From Eledone cirrhosa (Eukaryota): a stretch of DNA of 64,000 nt. Where the stretch lies: assembly GCA_964016885.1 (NCBI GenBank), contig OZ024741.1:84072001-84136000 (forward strand). Reading direction: 5' to 3'. Positions 56,684 through 64,000 of this stretch are shown piece after piece. The translations under genes were made by a program, and so were the position numbers. Every line of letters begins with the position of its first letter. Position 1 is the first letter of the stretch. A model generated the notes under the pieces. That model worked only from the letters and a program-made list of their open reading frames with translations. It was not told where the DNA came from and did not search any database.

Positions 56684-59109
56684 TTAGCTGTATACTTTGT
56701 GAAAAGTCCTATGGAATGTATGCAGGCAGATAGAAAACAAATCTGTACGTCTATTTATTATAGAATCTAGATTAGAGATAATGGTAAATTTTTCATTTAG
56801 GCAGAGATTACAGATTTTAGATAGAGAGCTGTTCAAGTAAGAGGACGCAGAAGAAACCTTCTTCCAAAAGATGGTATATTTAATGTTTGTGTCTTTCAAG
56901 GACCATATGAGTTCTGAGAGAGCCGTGTTGGTTCTTTTAAGTTTGTATTTAAAAGATGAATGATGATTATAGAGACGAGCTTTAAAAGAGGTGGAAGTGG
57001 AGCCAAAATAGGTGAAGGAATTGGTGCTAGTTATAACTTTACATTCATAAATTAAGTTTTTATAAAGGTTGTTGAGAGGACATTTATTTTTAATGCGGCA
57101 GTTGCAATTAGAGAGATTATTAATGAGTGACCTAGTGTTATCTATAGAAGGAATTGGATTGGAGAAGTTGTTTGCGATAGGAATAATAGGAATAATAGTT
57201 TCTTGATTTAGAGTTGGATTATGAACATTTAGCGAAGTTGTGTTTGACGTTGTATTTGGGTTTACAGAAGTTAGCCTAGGGTTTACAATGACGTCGGGAG
57301 TACTATTACTGTTATTATGAAATTCAATGTTGGAAGGAAGAGATTTAGTATTTAGTATTTTATTGTTGTGTTTAGAGATAATGTTGGAAATATTGGAGGA
57401 TGTAGAATAAGAAAATTTGATGGTGTGTTTGTTAAATATTTTACTATAGATATGTGAGGGAGGGAAGCATTTATTTAAGGCACTAAAAAATAATTTAGTA
57501 ATATTGTTATTAATAGAGATGGAGAAAGGAGCATTATACCAGATTATGTTTTTGTATCTAGGTCTTTTATTAAAGTTATTGGAATGATCATGATTAATTA
57601 TTCTACTGTAAGTTTTTCTAGAATTTGTTTCTTTACTATATTTGATTTCATCTGGATAACCGGCTTTAGAAAGTGCGTTATTATAGTAATTGGCGTTAGC
57701 ATCAAAGATGTTTTTATTAGAAGATATGTTAGATATTCTTTTTCCAATATTACTAACTATAGCATTCTTGATATTGGTAGGATGGTTAGATTTAAAGTTA
57801 ACATAATTTAGGTTCTCATTGTTTTTATGGTAAGGGTAATATAGGCCAGTGTCAAGATTAAGAGATACATCCAAGAAATTAGCTAGTTTGATACTATTAT
57901 CAAATTCAATTTTTAGGTTATGTTGGTTAAAGAGATTACGTATGTTGTTCTTAATAATATTAAGGTTAACTATATTGCAATTTAAGATAGTAAAGAGTCC
58001 ATCGTCACGATAAATTCCACCGCGAAGTTGAGGAATTTTCCGACTCAAAGAGTTCAAAATAAAGATACCAATTAAATCAGTCAATTGGGATGAATCGGAT
58101 GCTCCCATTGTGATGTAGAAGTTGTTAGAGGTATCGGCTCTGGTCCAATATTCGTTGTTGAACTCTAGGATGGTTTTACGTGCGGTGAGGATGATGTGAA
58201 GTTCATCTGTGGTGATGTCAGAATATTTAAGTGCGAAAGATAGAGCATTATTGAGAAGTGAAGGCGAAATGGAGGAATAGTAGCTGGCAATATCAAATTG
58301 AATAAATTTTAGTTTGTTTTTATTATCCAATTTGTTGAACCAGCCAATCACTTCAGAAGTACCAAACCATAAATTTAGGTTCAAAGAAGAGCAATTAGAA
58401 CTAACCTGTGGGATAATTCTATCCAAGATGGCTTTACTAACAACCCCCAGATCAGATTTAGAGGGGGCGATTAATCTAACAGGTAGTTCAGTGCGAAAAT
58501 TGTTTTTGTGATCCTTGAGATTTATCCTCGGAGTTCTTGGGAGGAATGGTTCGGTCTTTTTTCAATGCCAAGTTTTGACATAATCTCAGAGGCTTCAAGG
58601 TTTATGTATTCTAAATTTTCATGGTTGGTTTTACGATACTTTTTCCTAAGTTCCTTTAGGATAAGGTTGTTATAATTATCCTTGGAAATACCATATAAGT
58701 TATTGGTTTTGTCAGAGTGGACTAAAACATTTTTTGAGGAATTTAGGTTAGAAATTGTGTTCTTGAGATTTACAAGGTGCTCTTGTCCTTTGTAAGGGTA
58801 TCTCTTGAATTTAAGATTTTTTATTATTTTAGTTAATTCTTCCTCGAATTGTACTAGATTTTTGTTGGAAGGAGGATTTCGTCTAGAATTAAATAGGTGA
58901 TCGAGGAAGTTATGTTCTTTGGTATAGAAGTTCCCTTTTAGGCGCTGGTCATAGAAATAGGCTGTCCATCTAAGTCTTCTTACGAAGGAGTCAGTTTTTT
59001 CAATAAGAAGTTTGGTGAATTCAGATTTACCAGGTATAGGAATGTCTTTAGTTGAATTGGTTATGTTGTAATAATCCATGTTATAGAAGAAGAGGTAAAA
59101 GACCATCAA
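56684..59109 (-). CDS. PLE RT/GIY-YIG polyprotein with one frameshift in an A-run (~58560)
   Basis: KDIPIP..FVRRLRW, HSDKTNNLY, FIQFDIASYYSSIS, TMGASDS, GIYRDDGL, CNCR..CPL, LIY..YFGST..KARLYNH and CNLCLNEK. Confidence 0.9.
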
Positions 59110-59287
59110 AAGGTATCCAATATGAGAGTAAGCGCTCGACCGTTAAGGAGCAAGTTAATGTAGGAGGTGAGTTTTATTGTAGTACAATAAAGCAATGCAG
59201 ATATCGGATAAGAAGCACTCTACAGTTTGTAGGACTGGAGTATACATAATATATAAGATCAAAAGATGGTTAAAGGAGTTCCATGTA

Positions 59288-59354
59288 TTTTATTATGCGC
59301 ATTTCAAAAACAAACATCATCATGCAATAATATTTGTGTTTTCATCAGATAAAA
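59288..59354 (-). ncRNA. Hammerhead ribozyme in 5' pLTR
   Basis: Same sequence as 55427-55493. Confidence 0.85.
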
Positions 59355-60558
59355 CAGGAGAACATGATATGAAGGCTAAAAAACACTTGTGGATAGTGCA
59401 GTTTTAAATCAACATATGAAAAGTAGTTTTAGATTGATGTGTGATATTGGGAAAAATATTTTATTTAGAGAGGGGGTGGTGGAAAGGATGAAAAAAGGGG
59501 AGGAGATGATAGTGAAGGTGGAGAGGGAGAGATGGGTGATAGAGAGAAAGAGATAGTTTTTATAACTGAGAGAAGATATATTGTTTTACATAGAGAGGTT
59601 GAAAACCGTTGGAAGATAATGTATAAATTAAAAGAATTTGAAAATTAACGAAGGGAAAAATATGTACGAGTAAAAAAGAAAAAAAAAATGTTATTTAGAG
59701 ACGGGGGGTGGAAAGGATGAAAAAAGGGGAGGAGATGAGAGTGAAGGTGGAGAGGGAGAGATGGGTGATAGAGAGAAAGAGATAGTTTTTATAACTGAGA
59801 AAAGATATATTGTTTTACATAGAGAGGTTGAGAACCGTTGGAAGATAATGTATAAATTAAAAGAATTTGAAAATTAACGAAGGGAAAAAAATATGTACGA
59901 GGAAAGAGAGGGATTAAAAAGTTTGAAGATAGAGAGAAAAAATAATAATTGCGGATGAATATTCTAACGTCAAAAGGGTGTATGTTTATAAGTATTATGG
60001 CAATTTCAAAATTAATGAAGAGAAAAAATTATTAAGGTTTGCGTGTTGAAGGATTTGAGAAAAAATAATGTGAAGTTAAAGTTTGTATATTGAAGGAATT
60101 GATAATATGTGCGAAGAAAGAGTTAATATGTATTAAAAAATTATTAAGGTTTGTGTATTAGATGATTTGAGAAAAATAATGTGAAGTTAAGATTTGTATA
60201 TTGAAGGAATTGATAATATGTGCGAAGAAAGAGGTAATATGTATTAAGAATGAATATTCTAGCGTCAAAAGAAGGAGAGGGAGTTAATGTATTGATATTA
60301 AAGTTTGATGATGGAGAGAAAAAATTATAATTGCGGATGAATATTCTAACGTCAAAAAAAAAAAATACAAATGTATATGTTATGAAGGATTTTACAAGGT
60401 GAAGATAGAATGAGAGTAATGAGTAAACAAGTATTATAGAGTGTATAATGCCCTTTGAAGTGAGGTAGGAAGATGGGTATAATTTAAAGAGGTGTGTGTA
60501 TATGTGCCTTTGAGAAAAGATTCGAAATTGATAAAGAATTGAATATTAGCTGTATACT

Positions 60559-61043
<485 letters not shown>

Positions 61044-61288
61044 AAACCTTAATCTAGTTAGAAAAATATAAAAACAATCTCTTCTCAACATATATTAATA
61101 ACCTTAAATTACCACACTAATAATGGAAAGATATGCTTATGAGAATAGGTACAAATATGCGATAATGAATGTGTCAAAAAACGTCCATAAGTATGTATAT
61201 ATATGTGAAAATGTATATAAATAAGTAAATATATATATATGTTTGATGTGTATAGTTAGATGTAAGTGTATTCATGTATTAAAGTGCT

Positions 61289-61407
<119 letters not shown>

Positions 61408-61959
61408 GTGTATATGGATGTGTATGTATGTGTATGTGTGTACACATGGACTAGAGTATGTATGTATATATGTGTGTGTCTATACGTGTGTATATAAAGA
61501 TAAGTTGAGTATGAAAATGTATACACATGAGCGTGTATGTATGTACATGAATACATGTGTGTATATATATGTGTATGCATGTGTATATATATGTAAGTAT
61601 AAATATGTGAATTGTGAGTATATGTATTTTGTAGAGGTGTGCAAATATATTTGTGTGTGAATGCGTGGGTGAAAGGATACGTACACTTGAAAGAAAAATT
61701 TAAGTCTGAATGTTAATTAAGTGCAAACACAAAACCAACCACGCATATCTTTACTACCTCTAATCCTTCTATAGATTTAGAAAAATAACCAATAATATAT
61801 TCTATAAAAAATGTCAAAACAACAGATGGGAATCTAATTACTCACTGCCACCAAGAATTCTCACTGCTATCGAAAAACCACTCCTTCAACTATTCTTCTA
61901 ACAACTTCACCCCTCCCTCCTAATATTCTCTATAAAAACTAAATAGGTCCTCAGTAATA

Positions 61960-62079
61960 TTATTCTGATGAAATGACAGTAAATAATAACATTGAAATAT
62001 TGAATGTCTGCATAACTAAAAGTTTGTAGATAGCAGCTGTTTTAGGTTATGTAACTGTTATAGAAACACGTGTCAATAA
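61960..62079 (+). ncRNA. Hammerhead ribozyme with a 91-nt stem II
   Basis: ttatt-CTGATGA-aatgacagt..(long)..actgttata-GAAA-cacgt-GTC-aataa; stem III is the palindrome ACACGTGT. Confidence 0.75.
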
Positions 62080-62283
62080 ATTCCTTTCAACTAAACTGTA
62101 TCCATTCAAATCTTTCTATTTTTCTCCGGATTACTTTTGGAACTACAACTGGAACCGTCGAGCAAACTCTACGTGAGCTGATAATCTACTGTGTGTAATA
62201 TTTATATTACAACACAACGGAAAATACTGTATATTTACCTCCTGTAAAGTCGAGCAACCCATACAGCAAACGCAACCACAACA

Positions 62284-64000
62284 ATGGAAAAGCACTACCT
62301 GGATATGTCACTCAAAAACATACCAACCCAAGGTAGAAAGGAATATTTATTGAGTATGATTAAAAAAACTAAAGAATTCATTCGACGTGTCAGGTGGAAA
62401 ACGCTCCACTATGATAGAAGCCGTATGAACTCAACATTAGAAAGTGGTGTAAACAACAAATTCGGTTTTAGGACTTGTAAAAACCCACCCACCAACCCAC
62501 TATTAGATGCACTTGAGCAGGACCTTATGAACTTAATCCTTAAAATTAAATTCAAAGGACGCAACACCAACAGCAAATTACAGAAAGATATAAAAAAACT
62601 ACTGGACGACCTTAAAAACACCAAAGGAATTGTAGTAAAAGCGGACAAAACATCAAACCTGTACACTATGGATTGCACTACATACAACAACTTCATTCGA
62701 AAAGAATTACATAAAAAATATAGAAAAACGAGTGAAGTAACCCTTAAGCACATCAATGATGAGGCATGCGAAATAGTGAAAAATCTCGGAATCGAAGATA
62801 GGACAGGACCACTCTTACCGGCGGTACCCACCTTCAATCTTAAGGACCACAAGGTAAACTTTGATAATGACCCTAAAATTAGATTAATCTGCCCCTCTAA
62901 ATCAGATATAGGTAAAATAAGCAAATATATCTTAGATAGAATCATCCCCCAAATTAAGGCTAAGGTTAACATTAAACACTGGGGGAAGACCCAAGAAGCA
63001 ATAAGATGGTTTAATAGCATTAGCAATAAGAATAAATCTAAGTTTATCCAGTTTGATATCGATGAATATTACTCATCGATATCACCTGAAACTTTGAATA
63101 GAGCCATTAAGTTTGCTAAGGATAACTCTGACCTTACAAACGATGAAATTAAGATTATATTAGAAGCTAGGAAAACTATAGTCAAATTTGAGAACAGTTA
63201 TTGGGTACGTAAAGATAGACCCTCTAACTTTGACATAACAATGGGCTCTAACGATTCGGCGGAAATAACTGATATTGTGGGGTTATTTATCGCCTTTAGA
63301 CTCCAGGAAAAATTCAGCAATCTCCACGGCGGAATATACCGCGACGATGTTCTCCTCCTAGCTAAAAACCTTAATAACCAAAAACTAGAAAAACTACGCA
63401 AAGATATAAGAAAACTACTACTCGAAATAGGACTAACTATAACATATGAATACAACCTTAAAGTAGTTAACTTCCTGGATGTCACACTCAATTTAAACTC
63501 TGGTTTGATTAAACCGTTTCATAAATTGAATGAAAATCTCAAATACGTAAATGTTGGGTCTAATCACCCCATCTCTATAATTAAATCTATCCCTAAAAAT
63601 ATTTCCCTTAGAATCTCGGGTCTATCTTCTAACATACAAGTATTTAAGGGACACGCCGAGTACTACGATAACGCCCTTAGTAAAGCAGGCTACCTCAACA
63701 AAATAGAGTACATAGATGGGAACAATCAAAACACCCAAAATAAATCCCACATAGGTAGATATAATAACACAACACCAAACCACACTTACTCCCATAGTAT
63801 GCACACCAGTAAACCAACAAACAAAACTAATAGAAAGCGATGCAAAGAGTACTTATGGTATAACCCCGAATACAATAGTTCCATTAGTACAAATTTACCA
63901 GTACTCTTCTTTAAAATAATTAAAAGACATTTTCCCACATCACACAAATACCACAAAATCCTAAACCCTACCACTATAAGACTGTCATACTCTACAGCGT
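62284..64000 (+). CDS. PLE reverse transcriptase ORF, uninterrupted, 3'-partial
   Basis: Hand translation from ATG 62284 is open for 572 codons to the window end: MEKHYLDMSLKNIP..FIRRVRWK..KADKTSNLY..FIQFDIDEYYSSIS..TMGSNDSAE..GIYRDD..VNFLDVTLNL. Collinear with the 56684-59109 protein. Confidence 0.93.
   Translation, partial: MEKHYLDMSLKNIPTQGRKEYLLSMIKKTKEFIRRVRWKTLHYDRSRMNSTLESGVNNKFGFRTCKNPPTNPLLDALEQDLMNLILKIKFKGRNTNSKLQKDIKKLLDDLKNTKGIVVKADKTSNLYTMDCTTYNNFIRKELHKKYRKTSEVTLKHINDEACEIVKNLGIEDRTGPLLPAVPTFNLKDHKVNFDNDPKIRLICPSKSDIGKISKYILDRIIPQIKAKVNIKHWGKTQEAIRWFNSISNKNKSKFIQFDIDEYYSSISPETLNRAIKFAKDNSDLTNDEIKIILEARKTIVKFENSYWVRKDRPSNFDITMGSNDSAEITDIVGLFIAFRLQEKFSNLHGGIYRDDVLLLAKNLNNQKLEKLRKDIRKLLLEIGLTITYEYNLKVVNFLDVTLNLNSGLIKPFHKLNENLKYVNVGSNHPISIIKSIPKNISLRISGLSSNIQVFKGHAEYYDNALSKAGYLNKIEYIDGNNQNTQNKSHIGRYNNTTPNHTYSHSMHTSKPTNKTNRKRCKEYLWYNPEYNSSISTNLPVLFFKIIKRHFPTSHKYHKILNPTTIRLSYSTA

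Larger units (their letters stand above)
61700..64000 (+). mobile_element. Penelope-like element (5' pLTR plus ORF), continuing beyond the window
   Basis: The pLTR begins with ORF C-terminus-like codons (IKCKHKTNHAYLYYL*), then a hammerhead, AATAAA and an RT ORF. Confidence 0.9.

Noticed and set aside
58550-58570. Programmed -1 frameshift in the PLE ORF
   Set aside because: Not a canonical slippery heptamer in frame, and the related ORF at 62284 is continuous; an indel or assembly error is simpler.
62173-62249. Possible intron in the PLE 5' leader (GTGAG..AG)
   Set aside because: Weak signals; needs transcript data.
62409-63974. Minus-strand ORFs listed in the track
   Set aside because: Antisense shadows of the plus-strand RT ORF.

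Overview
Animal (eukaryotic) repeat-dense, probably intergenic or intronic DNA, most likely from an octopod cephalopod (inferred from the SINE family and the (TA)n/(CA)n density). No host gene is supported; most ORF-track entries are microsatellite artefacts. Recognisable elements: a full-length but decayed L1/Tx1 LINE inserted in (AAT)n; four coding Penelope-like elements (PLEs); decayed R4/Dong-, RTE-, CRE- and Vingi-like LINEs; a mariner remnant; and about 10 tRNA-derived SINEs. One PLE is near-intact with 1.3-kb direct pLTRs, and another has an uninterrupted ORF from 62284 off the window end that the ORF track missed. The main unexplained structure is a set of short PLE 3'-end inserts inside (TA)n tracts. 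They occur as asymmetric fold-backs or head-to-head chimeras, and together with the coding PLEs carry more than a dozen hammerhead ribozyme (HHR) motifs. These include forms with a greatly extended stem II (36-116 nt) and a conserved non-canonical core (UUGAAAA...GCAA). All RNA structures were read by eye and none were computed.
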